From: Diplonema japonicum | Lineage: Eukaryota > Protista > Euglenozoa: Diplonemea | DNA length: 64,000 nt | Assembly (NCBI GenBank): GCA_964019335.1 | Contig: OZ025664.1 | Coordinates: forward strand, 62,001 to 126,000 | Reading direction: 5' to 3' | Shown here: in pieces, positions 11,641 to 24,400 of the stretch | How the letters are laid out: each line of letters opens with the position of its first letter | Position numbering within the stretch: the stretch's first letter is position 1 | Translations under genes and position numbers: made by a program | Notes under the pieces: model-generated | The model's input: the letters and a program-made list of their open reading frames with translations, nothing else | Told to the model about the DNA's origin: nothing | Database searches by the model: none

Positions 11641-13056
11641 CATCCCCAAAATATCTTTGTAAATTTCTGAGGCATGAAGTCTTCAGCACAGGTGAGGAGT
11701 ACAGATACAGGCATGCTGCACAGCCTAGGTGGCAAAAGGGGTGCCTACTAGGTGTTTTTGTAAGTTGAAAGGACCTGCATAGCAGCCTCCCACAGGGCCA
11801 AAAAGGGTTGCAAAATTTAAAGTAGCTCTGCAGTGTTGTTATATCCTGCCCATCCCACCCTGATGTTTGGGCAGGACCAGGGCAGGATGGTCCCAAGCTC
11901 AGGCCAGGATCCAAAAAAAAGTACCCAAAGAAGATTTTTTTCCTCACAAAAAAAGTGATTTTTTACCTCAGAGAAAAGGCTTTTTTCCCAAGGGTACCTA
12001 TACTTAGCCCTATAAGAGGTTTTTACTGGAAATACTCAACAGCTCAGTTTAGAAAGAACTGTCCAGACCTTGTAACCCTGGATGGCATTTTAACTCTTAC
12101 CTTGTCCATTTTTTATTTATTAATCCAAAAGGGTGAAATCCTGGATTGATTAGGTACATCTCAGTACCCTCCTTGCTGAGAATACAATGAATGTCTGCAA
12201 CTTTCTCACCCACAACTGCTTCAGTCAGTAGCTTCTCCTTCAGGTCCAGCTGCATCCCAAAACCTCCTCCCTTTGCTTTTCAGTGGTCTTCTTCCTTGAA
12301 GACAGCACCACAATGCACAGCTGTCTGCTTCAGCACACCAACCAGGCCAGCCACATCTTCCTTCTACGTTCATAACAAAGTTGTCAATGTTTACCTGTCT
12401 TCTTCTTTCTGCAGTTGGTCTTACCTGCCTCAACAGTAAACCTTAGCCTTTGGGATCTCCCTGTGTCTTCAACAGGGGTGGGTCGTTCCGTTCCCTTCTG
12501 CCAAACTGGAAAGTCGGAACTTGGTGGAACGGCGGAACCGGAACATGGTGGAACTGGCGGAGCAGGGAATTCCTTACCTAATTTTTTTTCCCCCTTTTTT
12601 TTTTCTTTTTCTTTTTCCTCTTTGCATCATCAAGGTTGAAAGTGGTGACTATATCACCACAACATTGTCTACTTGATTACAGGGGGCACACCTTGGCCTA
12701 GCTGTAGCTTCTTCTGCATTCCACGTCATGTCCTTAATGCATGTGGAGTGCAACTCAACCCCAGCCATGATGCCCTGGGTAACCAAGATTCTGCGCTCAT
12801 GCAGTTTACTGCATGTTCGTCACCCTGAGCATCTGCAATTCCACTGGTGATGACCGACCAAGTGGGTGGAATAAGGAAAATATATGAGTTAAAGGAGGCC
12901 GGTGTTGGTGGAGCCCTGCACAAGAACTGTCTACTTGATTACAGGGGGGTGCACCGCAGCCGAGTTGTAGCTTCTTCCGCGTTTCACGTCCTTAATGTGT
13001 GTGGTGTGCAGCTCAACCCCAGCCTGGGTGTCCTGGGCAACCAAGATTTCGGCGCT

Positions 13057-13619
13057 TGACAATCATCTACCTCCACAATGGAAAGAACTATGACTTCAAC
13101 TTCATCCTTGAAGTGCTTGCAAAGCACATGGGAGAAGGACCCCAACAGATCAGTGACAAACATGTGAAGCTGGTGCAGCAGAATGGGGAGAAGACAATGG
13201 AGATAAGCATGGTGATGCCTTTGGGTCGGGCTGTGGGATATAAAGGTAAAGAAGTAGCAGTGCACACCCTTTTCTTCAGAGACTCCAATCATGTTCCCTG
13301 GCTCTCTGAGTAACCTCATGAAGAACATGCCTGTAGAGGATAAGAAGGAGCAGCATCGGTGGCTCACAAGTACGACCTACCCAACAACCTCTTTCACTAT
13401 GCACTAGAGAAAGGACACTTCCCCTACTCCTGGTTCGCCTCCCCTGAGAAGATCCACATGAGTCTTGACGACTTCCTCAACCTCCATGAGAACCATCAGG
13501 GTGTACTGTGGAAGAACAACCTCAGGGATGACACCATGTCAGATGAGGACCACAACACCATCATTAAGCTTGTCAAGCACCTCAGCTCATTTGAGAAGTT
13601 CCACAACCTCTACCTCAGC
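13057..13619 (+). pseudogene. Fragment of protein-primed family B DNA polymerase exonuclease region (Polinton/Maverick/adintovirus-like), frameshifted
   Basis: Ordered motifs across frames: IYLHNGKNYD (ExoII), QQNGEK, LFFRDS, KGHFPYSW, MSDEDH, FHNLYL (start of ExoIII); cut by a TIR at 13620. Confidence 0.8.
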
Positions 13620-15998
13620 CAGTGTTGGTCCAGACCCTTGAGGGACTCAGGGGACTCCAAGGGACAGGACAGGAGTCCCCTGAAATTTTCAGGGGTCTGG
13701 AGCAGTGATGGGTGAATCCTAATTAGGACTAGACCGGACTGGACCGGACCGGACCGGACTGGACCAGACCGAACCAGACCGGACCGGACCGGACTGGACT
13801 GGACTGGACTGAACCGGACCGTACAAGATACAACCACAACACCACATCCCCCCCTTTTTTTTGCTGCAGAGTTCAAACATATAAACAGATGTCTACAAGA
13901 AAAGATGTTACACAGGTACTGAGAGACGACAACAACAACAAAAACAACGAGAAACGAAGAAAAAAAAAAAACTTTTATCTTCTTTTTCAGGTGGTGGGGA
14001 TAACATGAAAATATAAGAAAAACATCAGATGTGTTGTTTGCTGTTGACCTCCTCATCGGTCATCACCGAGCAAACCACACGAGTGCAGAATCTTGGTTAC
14101 CCAGGGCGCCCCGGCTAGGGTTGAGCTGAACCCTGCACATTAAGGACACGACACGGAGCACAGAAGAAGCTACAACTCGGCCGCAGTGATTAAGGACACG
14201 ATGCAGAACGCAGAAGAAGCTACAACCCGGCTGCGGTGCACCCCCTGTAATCAAGTAGACAGTTCTTGTGCAGGGCACTGCCAACACCGGCCTCCTTTAA
14301 CTCTTGTATATTATTCCAAAGGTGGTGGGGATAGCATGAAAAAACATCAGATGTGTTGTTCACTGTTGACCTCCTCATCGGTCATCACCGGTAGCTCCCG
14401 AGTGGAAGAACATAATGCAGATGCTTAGGGTGACAAACAGGCAGCAAACTACACCACACACATTAAAGACATGACACGGAATGCAGAAGAAGCTACAACT
14501 CGGTTGCAGTGCGCCCCTGTAATCAAGCAGACAGTTCTTGTGCAGGGCGCCACCAACACCGGCCTCTTTTAACTCATATATATATCATTCAGGTGGTGGG
14601 GATAACATGGAAATATAAGAAGTACATCAGATGTGTTGTTCGCTGTTGACCTCCATGTTGGTCATCACCAGTAGCGCCCAAGTGGAGAACATAATGCAGA
14701 TGCTCAGGGTGATGAATTGGCAGCAAACTGCATGAGCGCAGAATCTTGGTTACCCCGGGTTGCTATGGCTGGGGTTAAGCTGCACACTGCACACATTAAG
14801 AACACAACACAGAACACAGAAGAAGCTACAACTCAGCTGCAGTGCCCCCCTGTATCAAGTTAACAGTTCTTGTGCAGGCACCGCCAACACGACGAACAGG
14901 CATTTCCTCCATCCACTTGGCCGGTCATCACCTGTAGCACCCTGAGTGGAAGAACAAATTGCAGATGCTCAGGGTGAGTAAACTACGTAGGGCACCAGCT
15001 GGGGTTGAGCTGCACACCGCATGCATTAAGGACACGACACGGAACGCAGAAGCGGCCAAGGTGCACCCCCTGTCACTGGTCTCCTTTACCTCTTTCATGT
15101 TATTTGGTGGTGGGGATCACAGAAATATGGAAATATAAGAAGTATATCAGATGTGTTGTTCGCTGTTGACCTCCATGTTGGTCATCACCGATTGTGCCCA
15201 AGTGGAGGAACGTATTGCAGATGCTCAGGGTGATGAACTGGCAGCAAACTACACAGGCCCAGAATCTTGGTTACCAGGGCCATGGCTGGTGTTGAGCTGC
15301 ACACTGCACACATTAAGGACACGACACGGAATATTGTGCTGTCAGTGTTGTGGTGATATAGTCACCACTTTCAACCTTGATGATGCAAAGAGGAAAAAAA
15401 AAAGGGGGGGGGGAAACTAGTTTGACACTCCATTTGTTTGTGCGCACGAGCGGAATTTTACCTAATAAAATAGCTCATTATGCTGCCATCAACTAGTTTT
15501 TAGTCTCGACAATAATATTGTTAAAACAAAAAAAAAAGTAAGGAATTCCCTGTTCCACCAAGTTCCGGTTCTGCCATTCTGCCAAGTTCCGACTTTCAGT
15601 TTGGTGGAAGGGAATGGAACGACCCAATCCTGCACAAGCAGAATCTTGGTTACCCAGGATGCCCCGGCTGGGGTTGAGCTGAACACCACACACATTAAGG
15701 ACACGACACGGAACGCAGAAGAAGCTACAACTCGGCTGTGGTGTACCCCCTGTAATCAAGTAGTCTTGTGCAGGTCCTTTAACTCATATATCTCTCACCG
15801 CGGCCGGGTTGTAGCTTCTTCTGTGTTCTGCATCGATCACCACAGCCGGGTTGTATTACATCCAAATACAACATTTCCGGACATTTGTACATACCTGCAG
15901 CTGCAGTGCACCAGAGTAGATAGGTGCAAATGGCTTGATGGAGCTGTGCATGTCTGTGGTATGAAGAAGAAAAAGAAAAAAAAAAAAAAAAAAAAGGC

Positions 15999-16029
<31 letters not shown>

Positions 16030-17084
16030 TGTCCAAAAATATTTAAAAAAAAAGTGTTTGCAGGTGTGTCAAAAATTGCAGAAAATTTTTGAGTCTGGTC
16101 AGTCTGGTCAGTCTGGCCGATCTGGTCAGTCCGGTCAGTCCGGTAAAATGGGTACACTGGACCAGACCGGATTCACCCATCACTGTCTGGAGGGGACTCA
16201 GGGGACTGGAGGGACTCAAGGGACTCAGGGGTCTGGAGGGGACTCAGGGGACTCTTGGGACAGTGATTAAGGACACAATGCAGAACACAGAAGAAGCTAC
16301 AACCTGGCCATGGTGGTTATGTATGTAATGACATGGAATGCAAGAAGTTACAACCTGGCTGCAGTGATTAAGGGCATGATGTGGAATGCAGAAGAAGCTA
16401 CATCCTGGCCATGGTGATTAAGGAAACGACGCGGAACGCAGAAGAAGCTACAACTCGGCTGTGGTGCACCCCCTGTAATCAAGTAGACAGTTCTTGTGCA
16501 GGGTGCTGCCAACACCAGCCTCCTTTAACTCATATATTTATCTCCTTTCTATTATTTTCAGGTGGGGGGGGATAACATGAAAATATGTGCAACAAACAGG
16601 CAGTGCAATGCAGGGGTTGAGCTGTACATTGCACATTAGGGGCATGGTGCTGAAAGCAAGGAACCAATCTGTTTACACAGGTTGTATAAACATACCCTCC
16701 TCTTGTACATATTATTTATTATTTCCCCCCTTTTCTATTACATCCAAATACAACATTTGATGTGGAAAGTAGAAACAACAGCTTGGCTTAGGTGTGTGAA
16801 AAAATGTGAGAAGACAAGAAAAAAAGAAGGAAAAAAAAAAGGTAAACACATCATGTATGTCAAAAAGAAAATCAAGGATTTTTTTCTCTTTTTTTTTCCC
16901 CATTTTTTTTTTCTAAAAAAAAAAAAAAAAAAAAAAAGTTGCAAAACTATCAAAAATAATGACAGTGTTGGGGAGAGTCCCATGAGTCCCGTGAGTCCCA
17001 TCAAGTCCCATCCTGTGGAGTCCCATGAGTCCTGTCCAGGCCTGTATTCCATTTTAGGGGATGGGATAGGACTGACCAACACTG
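13620..17084. mobile_element. Rearranged copy of the CAGTGTTGGTC-TIR element family (opposite orientation to 20219-21113), carrying nested insertions
   Basis: Both termini of the 20219-21113 element are present (13620 and 17084) with GGGACT subterminal repeats; flanks do not form a TSD. Confidence 0.55.
13703..16185. mobile_element. Non-autonomous TIR DNA transposon, 17-bp TIR, 7-bp TSD
   Basis: CAGTGATGGGTGAATCC at 13703 and its reverse complement ending at 16185; TCTGGAG on both flanks; ACCGG/ACTGG subterminal repeats at both ends; an uninterrupted target sequence is visible in the copy at ~21020-21113. Confidence 0.85.
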
Positions 17085-18240
17085 CCTGTGGTCCCATAGA
17101 AAGTAAAAGTGGAGAGGTAAAGAAAGCTTGGAGATTGAAATAGGGAGAGGGGCCACAGAAGCAATTAAACACCAACTGGAGAGTTGTGGGAGGCTTGCTT
17201 CACTGGCATGATGCTGTGGGGAGGCTACTTGCCTGACCTGGTGAAGCCACCTCCTTGTTCGATGTAATGGGATAAGGGACTCCATTGAGGGTGATGCTAA
17301 CTGGTGCCATGCGTAGGGTGGGCTCTCCCCCATCCAGGTTTCCCCACGTGTATGGCTTTAGAACAAGAGTTTCCCTTTTGCTTGTATTTCTCCAAACCAC
17401 AATTATCAGGAACCACCACAGGGAGGTTGGAAACATTGGTCCCCTGGATGGGACTCACGGGACTCCACAGGATGGGACTCGATGGGACTCATGGGACTCT
17501 CCCCAACACTGTCATTATTTTTAATAGTTTTGCAACTTTTTTTTTTTCTTTTTTTCCCTTTGGAAAAAAAAAAAAAAAAATGGGGAAAAAAAAAGAGAAA
17601 AAAATCCTTGATTTTGTTTGACATACATGATGTGTTTATCTTTTTTTTTTTTTTTTTTTTTTTCCTTCTTTTTTTCTTGTCTTCTCACATTTTTTCACAC
17701 ACCTAAGCCAAGCTGTTGTTTCTGCTTTCTGCATCAAATGTTGTATTTGGATGTAATAGAAAAGGGGGGAAATAATAAATAATATGTATAAGAGGAGGGT
17801 GTGTATGTTTATACAACCTGTGTAAACAGATTGGTTCCTTGCTTTCAGCACCATGCCCCTAATGCGTGTGATGTACAGCTCAACCCCTGCATTGCACTGC
17901 CTGTTTGTTGCACATATTTTCATGTTGTCCCCCCCCCCCCCCCCCACCTGAAAATAATACATAGGAGATAAATATATGAGTTAAAGGAGGCTGGTGTTGG
18001 CAGCACCCTGCACAAGAACTGTCAACAGGGGGGTGCACTGCAGCTGAGTTGTAGCTTCTTCTGTGTTCTGCATTGTTTCCTTAATCACTGTGGCTGGGAT
18101 GTAGCTTCTTCTGTGTTCCACACCATGCCCTTAATTACTGCAGCCAGGTTGTAACTTCTTGCATTCTGTGTCATTTCCTTAACCACCATAACCAGGTTGT
18201 AGCTTCTTCTGCATTCTGTGTTGTGTCCTTAATCACTGTG
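16261..18240. repeat. Long imperfect inverted repeat; arms ~16261-17040 and ~17443-18240, spacer ~400 bp
   Basis: For example 16501-16545 is the reverse complement of ~17964-18008; the match continues along both arms. Confidence 0.85.
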
Positions 18241-18244
18241 GCCA

Positions 18245-18960
18245 AGATTAGATGGATCCTTTCTAAGACACTGAGAATCCTCCCACCCATGTGGAGCCTT
18301 TCTGTTGCAATGAGGTTGACTGCTAGTTCCACCTTTGAAACTTGCCTGCCTTCCTCACCCCATTTTAGGGTGTTCAGCCAGTTGAGGACAAATGGGATTA
18401 GGCCTGGGAAGTATTTCTTCTGCAGCCCATGTTTGTGGTACCAGGGGAGAGGCTTCAGGGTTAAGAGGCCCAGTTGGAATGGTCTATTCCAGAAATGCTG
18501 GTTCGTGTACCTGACCTGCTTGTCAGCATGCAGGTTCTTGAGCTTGCCTGCCACTTCTGCTAGCATCAGGTGGAGCTCCTTGACTCTCAATAGGCTGATG
18601 TCCAAGTCCGAGGTAATGATGCTGTGTACACGGGTGCAGGTTGGCCAATTAGTGTGTTCTTGCACTAGCCATTCACGCTTGCACTAGCCATTCGGTGTTG
18701 GCCATTCGAAAACCGGTGTGCTGGGCATGCCAAATTGTATGCAGCAGGAGGTTGCTGGTCCCACCTCTAATGTCAAAGGGTGTGTCACACCCAAGGCATT
18801 TCGTTCGCATGCCATCCATGTCACTGTAGGCTCTAGGGTGCAGTGGAAGGATGGCACCAGTAACAGCACAAAGGATTCTCCTCGCTTTCTGTGGGTTGGT
18901 GATCACCACCTTGTTGTGTAGGATGTTTGTCTTCATCTCGTCCACTCCTGTCTTGATTCC
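18245..18960 (-). mobile_element. Probable degenerate non-LTR retrotransposon ORF C-terminal remnant
   Basis: Two adjacent broken ORFs with CLGC...HTIW (degenerate CCHC knuckle), WPTC, WLNTLKW...VSKVELA; interrupted by a short tandem duplication at ~18661-18693. Confidence 0.4.
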
Positions 18961-20218
18961 TTTGAAAGTGTCCTGCTCTTCAGTGAGCTCACCCCACAGT
19001 TAAAAGAAGAAATTTTATTGTTTTTTTTTTTTTTTTTGTATATTGTTCACCAGGAGGTGCACATTGTGACACCTGCTTTTCCCTGTGCAGCATAGTGGTA
19101 TATGTTATAAAACACGTGCTGTGTTGTGCACCCTGTGTTGCATACATCATGTGTGTCGAAAATTTACAGTGTTGGGGTGGTTTGTGGGCCAGACCTCAGA
19201 CCACCAGTCTGGCCAACATTGCCCATCCAACCCTTTTTTACTTTTTTTTTTTTTTTTTTTTACATAGTCACAACAAGGTAGTATGGGCCTACTGGAACTT
19301 GGTGGAACTGGTAGAACATGGCAGAACAGGGAATTCCTTACCTAATTTTTTTTTTCTTTCCCCCTTTTTTTCCTCTTTGCATCATCAAGGTTGAAAGTGG
19401 TGACTATATCACCACAACACTGACCAGTGTTGTTATGAGAGTGGGTTGCCCCCCTGAGATTTTCAGGGGGGGCACAGGGGGGCAAATCCAGGGGGGTGGG
19501 GGCCAAAAAAATTTTTTTTATAGTGTCCAAATAAAATTTTTTTCCACCCAAAAAAGTTGTCAAAAAATTGATTTTTTTTCCAAGTGGCCAAAAACACCCT
19601 TAAATTGATTTTTTCTCAAAAAAAATTTTTTTTTCCCTCATACCTATTCTAGACCTTAATAAGGCTAATAGTGAAAGTGAGATGGTCATGGGTCAAAAAA
19701 AAAGTGCCCAAAGAATTTTTTTCCTCACAAAAAAAATTGTCAAAAACACCTGAATAGTGATATTTTAACTCAGAAAATAAGATTTTTTCACAAAGGGCAC
19801 CTGTACTTGGCCTAGTAATGGTCCATCTGTCATTTTTCTTTCCTTTATAACTTACCTTTCTCATTCTTTGTATTTCCCCCCCCCTGTTTACTGTACTTTA
19901 TTGGCAGGTTGTTTTAAAAAATAACCTAACCCAACAAGACACCCCAATAGAACCAGAAAATCTGTCAGAAAAGACTACCTGATAGCCTACCTTGGGTGGA
20001 ATGGGGACATGGCAATATTAGGGTTGAAAGGTCCCAAGATTGAGGTGAAGAAGGTGCCACCACTGACACACTGCTATTGTTGGCAAAGCACTGGAGGTGA
20101 AGGAGATTGCAGCCAAGAAGAAAGACCAACTGCTATTGCTGGGCAAAGAACCAAAAAAGTGAAATAAATTCCAAGAAAAAGCAAAGTAAGAGGTAAAAGG
20201 TTTGAATACATGGTTAAA

Positions 20219-20497
20219 CAGTGTTGGTCAGTCCCATCCCATCCCCTAAAACAGAATACAGGCCTGGACAGGACTCATGGGACTCCACAGGATGGGACTT
20301 GATGGGACTCATGGGACTCATGGGACTCTCCCCAACACTGTCATTATTTTTAATAGTTTTGCAACTTTTTTTTTTTTTTTTTTCCCTTTGGAAAAAAAAA
20401 AAATGGGGAAAAAAAAAGAGAAAAAAATCCTTGATTTTTTTGACATACATGATGTGTTTACTTTTTTTTTTCCCCCTTCTTTTTTTCTTGGTTGGTA

Positions 20498-20545
<48 letters not shown>

Positions 20546-21113
20546 ACATGCCATGTTGTGCACCCTGTGTTGCATACATCATGTAGAATACTACGATGTT
20601 CAGGTATGCAAAATATGGTGTAAAATATGTCACAACACACCACATGGCATGGTTGAAAATTTGCAGTGTTGGGGTGGTTTGTGGGCCAGACCCCTCAGAC
20701 CACCAGTCTGGCCAACACTGCCCATCCCTTTTTTTTACTTTTTTTTTTTTTCTTTTTTGCATTGTACTTTTCTTGCAAAGGCCTCTTTTTAATATTTTTT
20801 CAAAGCAGGTCTCCAAACCCCCTGACCAATTTTTTTTTTTTTTTTTTTTTTACATAGCCACAACAAGGTAGTGTGAGCCTTGCCTCACATCCCACCCAAA
20901 CCTAGGACCTCTTTTTTTGAACTTTTGAAACCAAAAGTACCAAAAAAATGCAAGCCCCAGCCTAAATTTGGGTCTTTGTGACACAAAAAACACAAAGAAA
21001 TTTTTTGGTCCCAAGAGTCCCCTGAGTCCCCTCCAGACCCCTGAAAATTTCAGGGGACTCCTGTCCTGTCCCTTGGAGTCCCCTGAGTCCCTCAAGGGTC
21101 TGGACCAACACTG
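20219..21113. mobile_element. Non-autonomous TIR DNA transposon (895 bp), 11-bp TIR, 7-bp TSD
   Basis: GGTTAAA|CAGTGTTGGTC ... GACCAACACTG|GGTTAAA; GGGACT/AGTCCC subterminal repeats. Confidence 0.88.
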
Positions 21114-21239
21114 GGTTAAATGGACTATTAAATTCTTTTTTGATTAAGTAACCACAGCTGGGTACTTTAATTTTCAACCCATTTTGGCAACACTGGTACT
21201 AAAAATTCCAAGAACTGTCTACTTGATAACAGGGGGTGC

Positions 21240-21495
21240 ACCACAGCTGGGTTGTAGCTTCTTCTGCATTCTGCATGTGGAATTTTATTAATTACTGCAG
21301 CAGGGTTATAGCTTCTTCTGCATTCTGTGTCGTGTCCTTAATCATTGTGGCCGAGTTGTAGCTTTTTCTGTATTCTGTGTCATTTCCTTGATCACCGTAG
21401 CCAGGTTGTAGCTTCTTCTGCATTCTGCATCATTTCCTTAATCACTGTGGCCAGGTTGTAGCTTCTTCTGTGTTCCATGTTGTGTCCTTAATGTG
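21240..21495. repeat. Tandem array of a 50-bp unit (also at ~14140-14240, 16261-16460, 18040-18240, 22710-22800)
   Basis: GTTGTAGCTTCTTCTG..CCTTAATCACTG recurs at 21305, 21355, 21405 and 21455. Confidence 0.85.
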
Positions 21496-24400
21496 TGTGG
21501 TGTACAGCTCAACACTGCCTGCTTTTCCCTGTGCAGTATAGTGGTACATGTTATAAAACACATGCCACATTGTGCACTGTGTTGTGCACCCTGTGTTGCA
21601 TACATTGTGTGCAATGTCAGGTATGCCATACATGGTGTAAAATAAGTCACAACACACCACCTCGAAAATTCGTGGTGTTGGGGTGGTTTGTGGGGTGGAC
21701 TGGCCAGACCCTTCAGACCAGACTGCCCACCTGATTACAGGGGGTGCCTTGGCCGAGTTGTTGTGTGGTGTTATTGTCTTCTTCTTCTGCGTTTTGCATT
21801 GTGTCCTTAATGCATGTGGTGTGCCAGCTTTGTTGGGGATTTCCCCAAGGTAATATGGGATAGCTATTTCAGTGTGGCATTTTAAGGGGAAGTAAATCAC
21901 TTATTCCCACTTTTAAGGGCTGGAATGGCCTCAGATGGCTAAAAACAGTCAAAATACCCCATCTCTAAAAAAAAATTGAAGGGGTTGGGTACATTTTTGA
22001 CAATGAGACCCATTTTTTCACTTCAACTCTAAAAATCTCATTAATAACTAGTTAAATTGGCAAGCAGCATGACAGGGATTGACTTCTTTTAAGGGTGATT
22101 TTACCCCCCCTTTTTTTTCTAGGTTTTAGGTTCTATGTCAATTTCACCCATAGAATGTTGCAAAAAAATTTTCTGGATTTTTCACACTACAGAATTGGGT
22201 TAAAAAGGTTAAATCTACCTATTTTTCATAGTTTTTGGCCAATTTATTAAGGGGAATTTTTGGGTAAAAAAAACAGCAAAATCAGTGTTGGTAAGGGCTC
22301 TACCAGAGGGGAAAAAATTTTTTTTTCCAAAAAAATAAAAAAATCTCTATTTTGAGGGTGCCCAAGTGCCATGTGGCCTCAGAAAAAAAAATTTTTTTTC
22401 ACCCCCCAAGGAAAAATTTCCCTTTGGAAAAATCCCAAAAAATGGCAAAGTCAGCCTTGGTAAGGGCACTGCTGGGGAAAAAAATTTTTTTCAAAAAAAT
22501 AAAAAAAAAGTCCATTTTGAGGGTGCCTGAGTGCCAGGTGACCCCAAAAAAAAATTTTTTTTTCACCACTGAGGCCATTCCCTCTGTTCCCCCATTCCCT
22601 TTCGTTCCCCCATTCCCCCAAATTCCCTTGAGGGAATTATTCCCTTCCCTCTGTTCCCCCAGATTCCCTCAAATTCCCTCAAGGGAATGACCCAACACTG
22701 ACTGCATGCATTAAGGACATGACACGGAATGCAGAAGAAGCTACAACCCAGCCATGGTGATTAAGGACACGATGCAGAACACAGAAGAAGCTACAACCCC
22801 ACCGGCCTCCTTTAGCTCTTATATATTATTCAGGTGGTGGGGATAACAAAGAAATATAAGAAGTACATCAGATGTGTTGTTCACTGTTGACCTCCTCGTC
22901 AGTCACCATCAGTAGTGCCCAAGTGGGAGAACATAATGCAGATGCTCAGGGTGATGAATTGGCAGCAAACTGCATGAGTGCAGAATGTTGGTTGCCCTGG
23001 GTTGCTCCGGCTGGGGTTAAGCTGCACACTGCACACATTAAGGACACAATGCAGAACACAGAAGCTGCAACTGTGGTGCCCCCCTGTATCAAGTTAACAG
23101 TTCTTGTGTGGGCACCACCAACACGATGAACAGGTATTTTCCTCCATCCACTTGGCCAGTCATCACCTGTAGCACCCTGAGTGGAAGAACAAATTGCAGA
23201 TGCTCAGGGTGAGTAAACTACTTAGGGCACCAGCTGGGGTTGAGCTGCACACTGCATGCATTAAGGACACGATGTGGAATGCAGAAGTGGCTGAGGTGCA
23301 CCCCCTGTCACTGTGTCTCCTTTACCTCTTTCATGTTATTGGGTGGTGGGGATTACACAGAAATATGGAAATATAAGAAGTACATCAGATGTGTTGTTCG
23401 CTGTTGACCTCCACGTCGGTCATCACTGGTAGCGCCCGAGTGGAGGAACGTATTGCAGATGCTCTGGTGTTGAGCTGCACACTGCACACATTAAGGACAC
23501 GACGCGGAACGCAGAAGAAGCTACAACTCGGCTGTGGTGATTAAGGACAATAGGAAAAAAAAAAAAAAAAAAAAAAAAAAGGTAAGGAATTCCCTGTTCC
23601 GCTGGTTCCGCCGTTCCACCAAGCTCCGACTTTTCAGTTTGGCGGAAGGGAACGGAACGACCCACGGTATGTGAAATATGGTGTAAATATGTCACAACAC
23701 ACCATGTGGTGTGGTCGAAAATTTGCGGTGTTGGGGTGGTTTGTGGGCCGGACCCCTCAGACCCCTCAGACCGGTCGTTTTTTTTACCGGGTTCCGGACC
23801 TGTCCGGTCCAGACCCCTCAGGCCCCTACCGGTCTGGCCCAACACTGTCCCGGGTAACCAAGATTCATCACCCTGAGCATCTGCGTTGTGTTCTTTTCCA
23901 CTCGGGCACTACAGGTGATGACTACAAGGAGGTCAACAGCGAACAACACATCTGATGTACTTCTTATATTCATGTTGCCCCACCACCTGAAAATAATATA
24001 TAGGAGATAAAAGATTGTTTACCCTGTTTGGATGTGAATGAATTGCCAATTCAATAGGACAATACTGAAACTTCATTTGTGTGGTAAACAAGGTAGCGGT
24101 GTTCATCGTGTGGTGCACCAGGGGGTGCACGTTGTGACACCCGCTTTTCCCTGTGCAGCATAGTGGTACATGTTATAAAACACGTGCTGTGTTGTGCACC
24201 CTGTGTTGCATACATCGTGTGGAACGTCAGGTATGCCAAACATGGTGTAAAATATGGTGTTGTGGTCGAAAATTCGCAGTGTTGGGTGGTTTGTGGGCCG
24301 GACCGGTCAGACCCCCAGACTGGTCGTTTTTTCTACTGGGTTCCAGACCGGTCCGGCCCAGACCCCTCAGGCCCCGACCGGTCTGGCCCAACGCTGGTCA

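Larger units (their letters stand above)
11700..24400. other. Divergent strand-switch region: repeat- and transposon-dense, CpG-depleted, no intact host genes
   Basis: All credible genes to the left are minus strand and all to the right are plus strand; the interval is made of recurring repeat modules. Confidence 0.85.

Noticed and set aside
13620-17084. A single intact insertion with a TSD
   Set aside because: The flanks CCTCAGC and CCTGTGG do not match, so this is probably a rearranged or chimeric copy.
16261-21495. 50-bp periodic repeats as a CRISPR array
   Set aside because: The units are head-to-tail with no unique spacers, there are no cas genes, and the context is eukaryotic.
15601-23955. 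Poly-K/poly-F and other short ORFs in the repeat region and intergenic DNA
   Set aside because: They arise from A/T homopolymers and repeat copies, and their frames are not conserved between copies.
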